Positions 40,301-49,097 are shown, numbered from the stretch's first letter. The stretch is DNA of 64,000 nt from Spirochaetales bacterium (GCA_013044245.1 JABEVK010000020.1:2209-66208), one strand, 5' to 3'. Program-made: numbers and translations. Notes: generated by a model from the letters alone, not told the origin.

Positions 40301-40688
40301 CTTCTTGTTGAAAGCTCTCATTGGCAAAGCTGGCTAAAAGGAGAGAAAAATCGTCTTTACCGCGTAAGTATTGCGTTTCGCCTGTGGTGCTGTCTTCATC
40401 GCGAAGGGTACCGTAGGCCCCCAGTACATACGAAGTTTCATCCCGTTCCCGTTTTTTGTCCGCCCCCGACGACTGGTTGTAGTGACGTTTGCCTGGAGGA
40501 ACCAGCAGGGTAACTAGGGCATCGACCACGGTGGTCTTACCTGAACCGTTGGCGCCCGTGAGGAGGGAGTTTTTACCGCGAGGGGCCAAGCGGTAAATCT
40601 TGTCGTGAAAGGTGCCCCAGTTATAAATCTCGAGAGTATTCAGATGCCAGCCAGCGCTTTGAACATCTGTTTCAAAGAGAGTAGACAT
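37362..40688 (-). CDS. MukB/MksB/JetC-like SMC-family ATPase (long coiled-coil, N-terminal Walker A head and C-terminal signature/Walker B head)
   Basis: 1108 aa. N-terminus LEIYNWGTFHDKIYRLAPRGKNSLLTGANGSGKTTVVDA (MukB-like NW...GxNGxGKTT). Central region rich in heptad-like E/L/R/K. C-terminus LSGGEKAKLAYTILASAIAHQ...LRFAVVDEAFSKVD. Confidence 0.7.
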   Translation of the reverse strand: MSTLFETDVQSAGWHLNTLEIYNWGTFHDKIYRLAPRGKNSLLTGANGSGKTTVVDALVTLLVPPGKRHYNQSSGADKKRERDETSYVLGAYGTLRDEDSTTGETQYLRGKDDFSLLLASFANESFQQEATLAQLRWWSAGTLKRLYLVANAGLCSEDLLPFDGGPAWKKALTARHPVKFFDTFALYGQTFSSLFGLKSDKALSLFSHVVGVKVLGDLNEFIRDNMLDAADMEEDFAKLKKNYEDLLGAHQQIEKAREQLRLLEPAMLAGERWETLSQQKAEQDQAWDAVAPVFAAQEKRLLAEAKNREQVRLAAVEAQKDSLELQLEDLRRQERDWEFALRDKSQSGLLDALERDVAHRRDILAGKERLRHEYDSLAKALGFGPVQGEPGFWEHREEAVRQKSALEEQVAPASVAWAEGRNRLLAASEEAEALSQELESLRHHSDAIPRDRRQWRDRMAADLDMDPEKLPFAAALVRVLDPAWRPAVERLLGDVLLAVIVDPEHESAIRTWVDEHPGKILVLRDSAEEQFFVSEERDQLSDLLEFRRLAPWGERLAAWLRRTYDFQACERDQLSRTQRGFTQDGWIRDGRLWSRPSPGWEDPGCFVLGWENEVQRKALFQRRETAQAELTRLEAQQSALEDKRRQTDNRRILLEKLLDFTAWNQLDTETETAELAKLAERKKALTGDSGTDQLHQRLAELKVALKDKTREKDETTAQSGRLRKTLEEYEMEESAAQRILLDFAGFDLEEGHRRLEPWLKQVNILLDLGSLVKVRDEVSRTLAGERKRTIDELKMVERELETALHRYINPGAELAARFPEWTGETASLMAKADNLDEFRQRYDRIRREDLPGYQKRFKDWLNQRLLEDIADFRTSLENHLRAIQETVRELNSSLKTITYNSLPATFIQLQAEDSRDLQIRDFRRMLKEALAGDSDLEQAFHRIRAIIQALSDDELWRKKVTDVRHWLQFAAVERYAEDGSQRQYYQDSQSLSGGEKAKLAYTILASAIAHQFGIRGTAGSRSLRFAVVDEAFSKVDPENSKFAMKLFEQMNLQLMVVTPLDKINVVEDYICTIHYVENKNRKTSAVYDLSLEKSEDFHDVRPRPPYSR

Positions 40689-40763
40689 AGCCCCACTCTA
40701 GGGGGAGGCAAGCCCCCTGTCAACGAGGGGGGGCAAACCAAACAGCGGTGTCAACGAAACGAT

Positions 40764-42008
40764 TTAGAGATGACTGCCCAGAGCATCGACAATATGGAGT
40801 TTCCCTGCCCTTCGTGCGGGGAGCCATGCCCCCAAAACAGCAATCAATGCTGACCCTGCGATCGCAAGCACAAACGGCAACGGTTGATAGACAGGCTTCA
40901 AAAGGCTGGTAAACGGAATGGGCATATTTTCGGGGAGGAGTTTTCGTACATCGATGCCTCCAGCGAAGGCGATTCCCAGGGCCAAAGCCGCCAGCACCCC
41001 AACAATACCACCGAGAGCTCCCAGCAAGAGACCTTCGGTCAAAAAAAGCCGCCGGAGGTTTTTTCGCTTCATGCCCAAAGCACGAAGGGTACCGATTTCA
41101 CGAAAGCGTTCCTGAACCGACATTGACAAGGAATTGAGTATCCCTACCGCCACCAACAGAACCAAAATACCCAACATGAGGGTAAGTATTCGGATCCGAC
41201 TGTCGATGGAACTGACTACCGTTTGAGCAAACTCTTTCCATTCGTAGACCTTGAGAGGTTGACCAGCTAAGGTGGCATTTCTTTTTAGGGCGCGAATGGT
41301 TTCGGCAGTGTCGGCTGCCGTGTCATTCCCGTGAAAGCGAAGAACCACGCGGGTCGCGAAATCGGGGCGTAACGAGAGGGCTTCCCGAGCCTTGTCGAGG
41401 GTGGTGAAAATAATATGATGGTCAAAGAGGGCAAACCCCAACGAAAAGATGCCCGAGATGGTCCCCGAAACAAGGTTGCGAACGCCATAGCGATCCAGCG
41501 CGGTCAAAAAAACCTGCTGTCCCACGTGCAGACCCAAAGTGGCGGCAAGACCGCTGCCGACCACGATGTCATTGGGGCCTTTCATCCAGGTACCAGCAGT
41601 GAGGTTGCGGGCAATGGTGGTGAGTTTTGGTTCCGCTCGGGGGTCAACTCCTCGAACCTGTACTGGAACTGACGTGACTCCATTGCTGATTCCTGCCGCG
41701 TAGTCGATGCGAGCTCCTACAGCCTCCAGACCGGGGAGGGTGTGAGCAAAAGTTTCGACAGCCTTGGTGTCGGTGATGCCCAAATCCAGCGGAAGACGAA
41801 CACTTTCGGCCTCGTAGCCTCGGTTGAGTATCTGAACATCCGCCGTGTCGATATCGCGTTGGGTTTGGTAGACGGTCTGTTCCATGCCGATGATCCAGGC
41901 TTGCATACTGATCAGGACCATCACTCCCAAGGCAATGGCAATGACGTTTAAAAACGTTCGCCGGGGGTTACGGAAAACATTGCGTAGTGCGACCTTGAAG
42001 ATTTCCAT
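40764..42008 (-). CDS. ABC transporter permease, FtsX/MacB/LolC-E family
   Basis: 414 aa; N-terminal TM, large periplasmic domain, C-terminal 3-TM FtsX domain (LRALGMKRKNLRRLFLTEGLLLGALGGIVG). Confidence 0.8.
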   Translation of the reverse strand: MEIFKVALRNVFRNPRRTFLNVIAIALGVMVLISMQAWIIGMEQTVYQTQRDIDTADVQILNRGYEAESVRLPLDLGITDTKAVETFAHTLPGLEAVGARIDYAAGISNGVTSVPVQVRGVDPRAEPKLTTIARNLTAGTWMKGPNDIVVGSGLAATLGLHVGQQVFLTALDRYGVRNLVSGTISGIFSLGFALFDHHIIFTTLDKAREALSLRPDFATRVVLRFHGNDTAADTAETIRALKRNATLAGQPLKVYEWKEFAQTVVSSIDSRIRILTLMLGILVLLVAVGILNSLSMSVQERFREIGTLRALGMKRKNLRRLFLTEGLLLGALGGIVGVLAALALGIAFAGGIDVRKLLPENMPIPFTSLLKPVYQPLPFVLAIAGSALIAVLGAWLPARRAGKLHIVDALGSHL

Positions 42009-42071
42009 ACCAGCTCCTTTATTCTCATAACCTAAACTTTTGTCATGCCAAGTCTTTTATAGGTACGTTAG

Positions 42072-43301
42072 CTATAGGTACGTTAGCGCATCGATGACGC
42101 TCTTTTTGGCCGCGACTCTGGCGGCGTAAAAGGTTGACGCCAAGGCAATGACAATTCCCGCTGCCCCATTAGCCACAATATCAGTCACCTTAAGAACGGG
42201 GTAAATTCGGCTGGCAAAACCCAAGTATTCGGTGGCTGACCCCACATCGACCCCAACCTTGGCCAAAATGGCAACGGCGCTGGCGCCAAAAATCAAGCCG
42301 CAGAGCGCACCCAGAGCCCCTAACAGGCCTCCCTCGGCGAGCAACATCGCCAACAACTGCCGCCGTTTTAGGCCGATTGCCCGCAGGGTGCCATGTTCTC
42401 GCATTCGCTCGAAGATGGACATTAGGATCGAGTTGGCAATGACAGAGGTGGCCACGATGATAAAAAAGATGCGGATAATGGCCGAAACAACATCTAAAAG
42501 CTTGAGGATGGTAAGGAGTGACCCAAAGGTTTCTTGCCAGACGTCGATTTCGTAGTGTTGTGGCGGAAACTCTGAGAGCAAACTTTGGCGAACCGCATAG
42601 CTATCGGCAGGATTTTTTAAAACCAGCCGAATTTCGCGAGTCATCCCTTGTGCGTCCAAAAGCGACTCGGCAGTCGCCGTGGACACGAAAAACAAGCTGT
42701 CATCGGTTAAATCGCTTCCTGAACGGTACAAACCCGTGATTTTTAGCTCTTGGTACCAGGGATTATTGTCTCGGTCGGTGGTGAGTACCATCACCGAACC
42801 GCCATACTTGACCCCCAACAGCTTGGCCGCACTCTCGGACAAAAGAATGCCCTCACCTTGGGGCAGAAAGCTACCTTGGGTGATTCCTTGGCGGATGTTA
42901 GAATAAAAAGCCGTGGAGGGCGAAACTCCTTGCCCCATCATGCCGAGATTTTTGGCATCCGCTTTGCTGTCCACTGGTACCGGTTGAACCACCAGGGCAG
43001 GAAAGCTCAAGATTTTTTCTTTGATCAGCACCCGAGGGTCCTGAATCTGGGCCAAAAGCTTGTTGGCGTGGGGCAAAAGGTACTTGAGGTCCTGGGGGTT
43101 CACAGCATTATCAGAACCAGCGGCCTTGATTTCAATATGGCCAGCCGTGGGTAAAATGCTGTCCAAAAAGGTTGCCGTGAGCCCACTGAGGACACCGCTG
43201 ATGAGAGTGAGGACCCCCACGGCGATGAGCACAGCAAAAAAAACCACTAAGGACCGTTTACTGTGCTTAAAAATATTGAGCCAGGCCAGTTTAAAGAACA
43301 T
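42072..43301 (-). CDS. ABC transporter permease, FtsX/MacB/LolC-E family (second copy)
   Basis: 409 aa; same architecture (LRAIGLKRRQLLAMLLAEGGLLGALGALCG); GGGGAGA RBS. Confidence 0.8.
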   Translation of the reverse strand: MFFKLAWLNIFKHSKRSLVVFFAVLIAVGVLTLISGVLSGLTATFLDSILPTAGHIEIKAAGSDNAVNPQDLKYLLPHANKLLAQIQDPRVLIKEKILSFPALVVQPVPVDSKADAKNLGMMGQGVSPSTAFYSNIRQGITQGSFLPQGEGILLSESAAKLLGVKYGGSVMVLTTDRDNNPWYQELKITGLYRSGSDLTDDSLFFVSTATAESLLDAQGMTREIRLVLKNPADSYAVRQSLLSEFPPQHYEIDVWQETFGSLLTILKLLDVVSAIIRIFFIIVATSVIANSILMSIFERMREHGTLRAIGLKRRQLLAMLLAEGGLLGALGALCGLIFGASAVAILAKVGVDVGSATEYLGFASRIYPVLKVTDIVANGAAGIVIALASTFYAARVAAKKSVIDALTYL

Positions 43302-43303
43302 GG

Positions 43304-43987
43304 TTAGTTCTCCCCGACGATCAGTCCATCTTTGAGACGAATGATCCGTGTCGCATACTTTTCAATCAAGGCGTTGTGAGTCGAAAAGATGAAGCTGACT
43401 TTTTCTTCTTCATTGAGGCGTTTCATCACCTCCATAATTATGGTTGAGGTCACTGAGTCGAGGTTGGCCGTCGGTTCGTCCGCAATGACCAGGCGCGGAC
43501 GGTTGACGAGGGCCCGGGCGATTGCTACCCGTTGCCGTTGTCCCCCAGAAAGCTCATCGGGTTTGTGTTTAACAAACTCTCCCAAGCCCACCACATCAAC
43601 CAAGTGGTCGACAATCTTTTGCCGTTCCTTGGAGCCTACTTTGCGCATCAAAAGGGGAAACTCAATGTTCTCGCGGATATTGAGGACGGCGATCAAGTTA
43701 AACGATTGAAAGATGAAGCCGATTTCGTTAAGCCGGATTTCGGCCTCCTGGTCATCATTCAGGGTGGCAAGATCGCGGCCCTGAAAGTGCACACTACCAC
43801 TGGTTGGCTTGTCGATACAGCCAAGAATATTCAGTAACGTTGTTTTGCCACAGCCGGAGGGGCCCACAATCGACAAAAAATCACCGGTGTCAATGGTGAA
43901 GCTGACGCCCTTAAGGGCGGGAATAATGGTTTTTCCTAGCTGGTAGTTCTTGGTAACCTCGCGGATCGTAAGGACGGGTTCGGCCAT
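43304..43987 (-). CDS. ABC transporter ATP-binding protein, LolD/MacB type
   Basis: Walker A GPSGCGKTT; signature LSGGQRQRVAIARAL; Walker B LVIADEPTANLD. Start set at ATG 43987 (AAGGAG RBS 6 nt upstream); the ORF's GTG at 44011 is an alternative. Confidence 0.88.
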   Translation of the reverse strand: MAEPVLTIREVTKNYQLGKTIIPALKGVSFTIDTGDFLSIVGPSGCGKTTLLNILGCIDKPTSGSVHFQGRDLATLNDDQEAEIRLNEIGFIFQSFNLIAVLNIRENIEFPLLMRKVGSKERQKIVDHLVDVVGLGEFVKHKPDELSGGQRQRVAIARALVNRPRLVIADEPTANLDSVTSTIIMEVMKRLNEEEKVSFIFSTHNALIEKYATRIIRLKDGLIVGEN

Positions 43988-44011
43988 GGATGACTCCTTA
44001 ATTTTGAGCAC

Positions 44012-45223
44012 TTAAAAGTGATAACGGGTTTGAAAGATGACGACATAACGCGCGGTCTGCGTATTTGGAGGGGGCAGCGGCACGCTGTTCCAGGCATCGG
44101 TAACGGCCCCGGTTGCCGCCTGAAAGCTCCCCACCAAGTCAAGACTATCCCAGGGAGTAAGGGTGAGGCTGGCCTGGTAGAGGGCGCTCCCGTCTTGAAG
44201 GTCCACCAAACAAAAGCCTGCCAAATCAAACGTGTCGCTCGAATTAGCATCCAGGTGAAAGATAGCATTGTACCGATCACGAAGCGTAGGTCGAATTGTC
44301 GACACGCTGGTTCCAGAAAGCTCGTTAGCTTGGGCCACTTGGCTGGACGTCCATCCTTGCCCCCAGTACAAGGTTTCCCCTTGAACCGTGAGGTCGATGT
44401 CGCCTAGCGACCAGGTGTAACGGGCCCCTACCGAGCCGGATGGGGCGGGTTGGGTCCAAGCCGTGGGGGCGGTCCAGGTACTGACAAGGCCCGACGCTGG
44501 TACGAGGCCTTGAGGCAGAAACTCCACAGCACCTTCGGCCGTAAGAATGACGCCGCTTACGTCGTACGAAACCCCTAGTGCGGGGTTGAACGTTTCGTTA
44601 GGACTGAAACACAGGCTTGCGGTTCCTTGAAAGCGGCCCGTTTGAAGGCTGAGTTGCGTTGCCCCGGCCAGGTTATTGGCAGAAAATACCGGGAGCGGTA
44701 CTGCACTCCCCGGGGTGTTCCCCAGCTCACGTTCCAGTGAGATTCCGCCTGTCCACCCCAACCAGGCGTTCGGCGACCAGGCCCAGGTTGCTCCTCGAAA
44801 ACCGCTTTTTTGGTCAAAGAAGTTAATCGCGGGGTTGATCGAGTCTCCCACGGTGAAGGTTTGTCCCACACCGAGGTTGAGTCGTTTTTTACCGAAAGTC
44901 AAATCCAGTCCCGAAAAAGGGGTGAGCCTTACGTAAGCTTCGGCGATATCGAAGAGGGCTTGGCCTGCCTGAAGGGAGTTCCCCAGCGGCAAATAGGCCG
45001 AACCGTCAAGGATGAAGGCGGCTGCCCCTTGCGAAAAGCTGAGTCGACCGTTGAGGTCCAACAGCCACTGCGTTGTGGCCCCCGAGTTCCAATCGGGGGC
45101 CGACCCAAGAAGAATTTGCCCCGCATCGGCGACATAATTAAAACCGGGTTCGTCTTGAGCAGAAAGAGGAAGCCCCGCCAGTCCCAGAAAAAGAACACCC
45201 CAAAGGGGGGCCAGCTTCTTCAT
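44012..45223 (-). CDS. Outer-membrane beta-barrel protein (hypothetical)
   Basis: Signal peptide MKKLAPLWGVLFLGLAGLPLSAQ; alternating amphipathic beta-strand pattern; C-terminus ...VVIFQTRYHF. Confidence 0.55.
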   Translation of the reverse strand: MKKLAPLWGVLFLGLAGLPLSAQDEPGFNYVADAGQILLGSAPDWNSGATTQWLLDLNGRLSFSQGAAAFILDGSAYLPLGNSLQAGQALFDIAEAYVRLTPFSGLDLTFGKKRLNLGVGQTFTVGDSINPAINFFDQKSGFRGATWAWSPNAWLGWTGGISLERELGNTPGSAVPLPVFSANNLAGATQLSLQTGRFQGTASLCFSPNETFNPALGVSYDVSGVILTAEGAVEFLPQGLVPASGLVSTWTAPTAWTQPAPSGSVGARYTWSLGDIDLTVQGETLYWGQGWTSSQVAQANELSGTSVSTIRPTLRDRYNAIFHLDANSSDTFDLAGFCLVDLQDGSALYQASLTLTPWDSLDLVGSFQAATGAVTDAWNSVPLPPPNTQTARYVVIFQTRYHF

Positions 45224-45226
45224 GGG

Positions 45227-46015
45227 CTACCTCGTTAAAGCGTTCAGATTGAACAGCTCGTCGGGAATATCCTGCCGAACTTTCATACTGTGGATTACTA
45301 ACGTCGACGTCGTGCCGGTTTGATCCAGCGACACCATCTGCATTTCGGTAGCTCGTAAGCGGCCCGCCATCTCTTTATAATGACTGAGGACCATTTTTCG
45401 GTACAGGAGGCCCGACTTGGCATAGTAATCGAACTTGAGCGGCAAAAGATCCCCTTGACGGACCCACATTTCAATCCATCCGTAGGCGGCTTCCGGCCTT
45501 TTGGCAATGGCTCGCAACTGCCAAACTTTGACTTTGCCAAACTCGGGGTGATCAATCACTTCAGCTTTTTCAAAAACCCCACGGTAGTCGTCTAGAAAGG
45601 AGGTGCGTGAAACATCCGAGTTAGAAAAGGCCGAACCCTGAAATGAATCCCGGGGGGCCAGACGAAGGGGACGGTTAGAACCAGAGTGGGGGTTATAAAG
45701 CCACAGGCTCCCGGTTTCTGTTAACATCCGTGTGCCACGGGAACGAGGGGGCGACAGGATTTGTAAAAAACTGCCTAGGCCTTTTTTATGCGTAACTTCC
45801 ATGCTCATCACTTTGGGATCTTCACCTTGGGTGACGGTTGTCAGCGTTACCTGCATAGTGAAATCTTCAGGAAAACGGATTTCGTCAATCCGGGCTAAAA
45901 GGGTGTTGCCGTCAGGCACCGACTGGGCTACGGCAAAAGGGGCGCCCAGGCACAAGAGTATCAAAAGTACTACCAGCCGGGGCGGGCGTTGAAAATCACG
46001 AATGAGCAGATTCAT
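45227..46015 (-). CDS. LolA-like outer-membrane lipoprotein-sorting/carrier domain protein
   Basis: Signal MNLLIRDFQRPPRLVVLLILLCLGAPFAVAQ; periplasmic beta-barrel-like ~230 aa, of the kind commonly encoded beside MacB-type ABC systems. AAGGAG RBS before ATG 46015. Confidence 0.55.
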   Translation of the reverse strand: MNLLIRDFQRPPRLVVLLILLCLGAPFAVAQSVPDGNTLLARIDEIRFPEDFTMQVTLTTVTQGEDPKVMSMEVTHKKGLGSFLQILSPPRSRGTRMLTETGSLWLYNPHSGSNRPLRLAPRDSFQGSAFSNSDVSRTSFLDDYRGVFEKAEVIDHPEFGKVKVWQLRAIAKRPEAAYGWIEMWVRQGDLLPLKFDYYAKSGLLYRKMVLSHYKEMAGRLRATEMQMVSLDQTGTTSTLVIHSMKVRQDIPDELFNLNALTR

Positions 46016-46169
46016 GAAATCTCCTTTAATTTCGAAACCACTTCTCTGAGAACGTATAAAGTTACATTGTATCACAAATCAGAGATGGGGTAACTTGAAA
46101 AGTTTGGCAAGGGGGACCAAGATAGAACCAAACACAGAGGGGTAAACCTTTGTGTTCAAGGAGGCCTGT

Positions 46170-46646
46170 GTGAAAATTCCACGCGCGACCAAAAAGATCC
46201 TGGCTCTTCAGTCCCAGGTGATTGAAGATTTTACCCAACAGATTCCGGTTGAACTCTGGGATGTCCGTCGGGGGCCTGAAGTCTGGACGCTTAGGGAGCA
46301 CCTGTACCATTTGGCCGATGTCCAAAAACTGCTTCTGGGACGGATCAAACTGATTCTCGCCGAAGAGCGGCCGGTGATTCAGCCGTATTTTCCTGATAAC
46401 GAGCCGGCTTTGGGTGAGCTTTTTCCCTCGATTGGCGCCGCCCTTACGACTTACCGACGCGTACGGGACAAGCAATTGAAGCTTTTTGCTAAAGCGCGTA
46501 AATCAGACTGGAAAAAGCAAGCCTTGCATGGTGAGTATCGACTGTATTCCTTGAGCATCATTGCCCGGCACTTAGTGATTCACGACGACTGGCACCTGTA
46601 CCGCATGGAAGAAATTTGGCTAACGAAGGACGAATACTTTCATTAA
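46170..46646 (+). CDS. DinB/YfiT-like (DinB_2) metal-dependent four-helix-bundle protein
   Basis: HLYHLADVQKLLLGRI ... HLVIHDDWHLYRMEEI His-rich helix motifs. AAGGAGG RBS 5 nt before GTG 46170. Confidence 0.6.
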   Translation: MKIPRATKKILALQSQVIEDFTQQIPVELWDVRRGPEVWTLREHLYHLADVQKLLLGRIKLILAEERPVIQPYFPDNEPALGELFPSIGAALTTYRRVRDKQLKLFAKARKSDWKKQALHGEYRLYSLSIIARHLVIHDDWHLYRMEEIWLTKDEYFH

Positions 46647-46688
46647 AAAATATACGACTGTAATCAGTAACGGTCAAAGGGGAAAAAA

Positions 46689-47081
46689 TTGAGTGAACCG
46701 GTTCTTGTCGGCCTGTTATTTGCCGATCGTGTCATTATTGAAAACAACGGAAAACGAGGGATCATTGGCACGTTCAATGTCTTTCATTCGCAAAGCTTTC
46801 CCGCCCTGTTCCCGCCATGGTTTATCTACGCGGCGGTCACCAACTTAACGGGTAAGCATAGCTTTGCGTTGACGCTTGTGCACGAGGAGTCTCAACAAGT
46901 CGTTGTCCCCTTTAACGGCGACTTTGAATCGCCTGAAGCGGAGGTTGTCGTTGAGCTAACACCAGCCCTCATGAACGTGACCTTTCCCCGCCCTGGAACC
47001 TATTTGCTCAGCTTTAGCGTGGACGGTGAACTATTAGGAACCCGAATTTTGTACGTTCGTCAGGCGCCACCCGGTCGATAA
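46689..47081 (+). CDS. Hypothetical protein (130 aa, beta-rich)
   Basis: TTG start preceded by AAAGGGGA. Convergent with, and overlapping by 22 nt, the 3' end of the mksE-like gene. Confidence 0.4.
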   Translation: MSEPVLVGLLFADRVIIENNGKRGIIGTFNVFHSQSFPALFPPWFIYAAVTNLTGKHSFALTLVHEESQQVVVPFNGDFESPEAEVVVELTPALMNVTFPRPGTYLLSFSVDGELLGTRILYVRQAPPGR

Positions 47082-47656
47082 GTCGCTAAACGAGTCTTGA
47101 GGTCATCGAGCTGCGCCGCACCCAGCTTGACCTTGAGGATGCGCATGACCTGGTAGACCTTGCGACCCTGGTCGCCTGGGTCAGGCGAAGCTGTCTCGCG
47201 TAAGAAGCCCAGCTTAACCATGTGGCCCAGCGATCGTTCAAACTGTTTCCAAGCGCGAGCTTCATCAAATCGGCCCTCTGTATAGGGAGCTAGGCGGGCT
47301 TGCAGGTCACGAGCTGTTATAAATAGGTCACGGCTGTCGGTATTGGTGAGGTCAAACTCTTCTAGGGCGTCACGCAGGATTACCGCTAAAACGGTGGCGT
47401 CATAGCCCAAGGGGGCCCGTTTCACTAACCGTGGCAGAGTATCTTCTTCGCCCCCAGGCTGAGTCAAATACGCCAGGCCCTCTTCTGTTACCAGCATCAG
47501 TCTCAACCCGATACGAGCAAACCACTCTTGGACAGCTCCAGTGTTATCCAGCAAGAGGGCCCACAGCTTGATATCATCGTCGTAAAGGGGACCTTGAAGC
47601 AGTTTAAGAATGACAGAGGCGTACGAGAGCACCGGAAGCTCAGTTTCATCAGACAT
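47060..47656 (-). CDS. MksE/JetB-like (DUF4194-type) condensin accessory subunit
   Basis: ~198 aa. YASVILKLLQGPLYDDD.KLWALLLDNTGAVQEWFARIGLRLMLVTEEGLAYL matches the conserved MukE/MksE-like core. ATG 47656 overlaps the upstream stop (ATGTCTGA). Confidence 0.6.
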   Translation of the reverse strand: MSDETELPVLSYASVILKLLQGPLYDDDIKLWALLLDNTGAVQEWFARIGLRLMLVTEEGLAYLTQPGGEEDTLPRLVKRAPLGYDATVLAVILRDALEEFDLTNTDSRDLFITARDLQARLAPYTEGRFDEARAWKQFERSLGHMVKLGFLRETASPDPGDQGRKVYQVMRILKVKLGAAQLDDLKTRLATYRPGGA

Positions 47657-49091
47657 GGCCAAACTCCACTCGGGGGGATCGAAGCCGAAAGTGCTCGTCC
47701 ACCGGCAAAAAGGTTGTCTCGTCAGGATTAACGTGTCCTGTGGGCGAAAATGACGCAATTTCTAAATACGCAAGAACCTCAGATAGTCCTTGTTCGGGGG
47801 GCCAGCGCGTAAGAATTTCGTCTAGGGTCGCATGGCCTTGGCGAGTACTCTCGGCCACGCGACGGCGAAGTTTAAGAAGGTCAATACTAAACTGACCGGT
47901 GAGGACGGCACGACTTTCAGCCGGTAGAGTCTGGCTTTCTCGCTGGGGGCGACGGTCCTTCCAACGGCCTTCGGGAGGTTCGCTCCAGGGGCGGTCGGCT
48001 ACCATGCTCAACTCAGCATCTCCTTCGACTTCCCAAATAAAGTCAGCGGGGGGCGAGGCATGGTGACGGGCAAACTCTTCTTTCAACGAGGCCAAAAGCG
48101 TCCGAAGCCGTTCATGATGATGAATGTCTTGTTCCGATAAAAGTTTATTCAGCTTTTCGGCGAGCAACCTGTTGCCGGCGATCACTTTGCGACCGGCTAA
48201 ATGCAGATGCGTTTTGAGATGACGTAAAACTTCGTCATGAGGACTACGATTTTGCGCATCGAGCAAGGCAAAAAGTTCGCCTAAGCGCTCGGGGAGTGAC
48301 TCCTGTTCGCCTTCACGAATCAGGTGTTCCCAAAAGGCATAAAAACTGCGGCCCTGAGGACTCTGGCGAAGTTCTTCGGCGGCGTCCAAGGTATAACCAA
48401 GAATATCGCCGCGACTAAAACCTTCTTGCGCTTGTTGTTCATAAATCCGTCGGACCAAAGCCTGAAAGTTTTGCTCAACCTGTTTAAAATCTCCCAACAG
48501 GGCCCGTGACAAGCGGTTGAGGGCGCTAACACGTTCTTCGAGCTGAACATCCGTCCACTGTGGGGGCTCAAGACCGTTCTTGAGCTTTTGAATTTCTAAG
48601 TCCAAGGCGGCTTTCTTTTTTTCGAGACGCCGGATGCGGGACTGCGGGTCAGGGTCAAGCTTCAAGACCAAGTCATCTAACCGCTGAAGGATTTCATCAA
48701 ACCGGCTTTCGGTCCCGACTAGAGTGTCGTCGAGGGTTTCGATCCATTGGAACACCCGTTGTGTCCATGGGGTGGCTTCAACCCAAACTTGGCCATTTTC
48801 GTCGGCAAATCGCCTCAGGTAACGAATCTCGTCGCGGCACCAATGGTCCAAGAGTAGTTTGGCACGGCGGTGACGATCACCCTGCGCCAAGGGAATTTCG
48901 TCAGCTTCGAGACCGCATTCTTCAAAAAAGCTCGCTAGACGCCCTTCTAAAAGGTCGCTTTCGACCATAGGAATAGGGTCTTCATAGAACATTTTTCGAA
49001 AAAAGAGCAAAAGAAAGAGCACGTGGGGGTTACGCAAGAGGCGCAAAGAAGGGTTGTCCGTCAAGCTTCGGCGTAAACGCTCGGCATCCAT
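47649..49091 (-). CDS. MksF/JetA-like (DUF3375-type) kleisin-like subunit
   Basis: 480 aa. N-terminal NPSLRLLRNPHVLFLLLFFRKMF...LDHWCRDEIRYLRRFADENGQVWVEATPWTQRVFQWIETL follows the pattern I recall for JetA/MksF N-terminal domains; coiled-coil middle. 8-nt overlap with the mksE-like gene. Confidence 0.6.
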   Translation of the reverse strand: MDAERLRRSLTDNPSLRLLRNPHVLFLLLFFRKMFYEDPIPMVESDLLEGRLASFFEECGLEADEIPLAQGDRHRRAKLLLDHWCRDEIRYLRRFADENGQVWVEATPWTQRVFQWIETLDDTLVGTESRFDEILQRLDDLVLKLDPDPQSRIRRLEKKKAALDLEIQKLKNGLEPPQWTDVQLEERVSALNRLSRALLGDFKQVEQNFQALVRRIYEQQAQEGFSRGDILGYTLDAAEELRQSPQGRSFYAFWEHLIREGEQESLPERLGELFALLDAQNRSPHDEVLRHLKTHLHLAGRKVIAGNRLLAEKLNKLLSEQDIHHHERLRTLLASLKEEFARHHASPPADFIWEVEGDAELSMVADRPWSEPPEGRWKDRRPQRESQTLPAESRAVLTGQFSIDLLKLRRRVAESTRQGHATLDEILTRWPPEQGLSEVLAYLEIASFSPTGHVNPDETTFLPVDEHFRLRSPRVEFGHV

Positions 49092-49097
49092 GGCTCT

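Noticed and set aside
46062-46475. 137-aa minus-strand ORF overlapping the DinB-like gene
   Set aside because: The plus-strand frame has the DinB_2 His-helix motifs and an AAGGAGG RBS. The minus-strand frame has neither.
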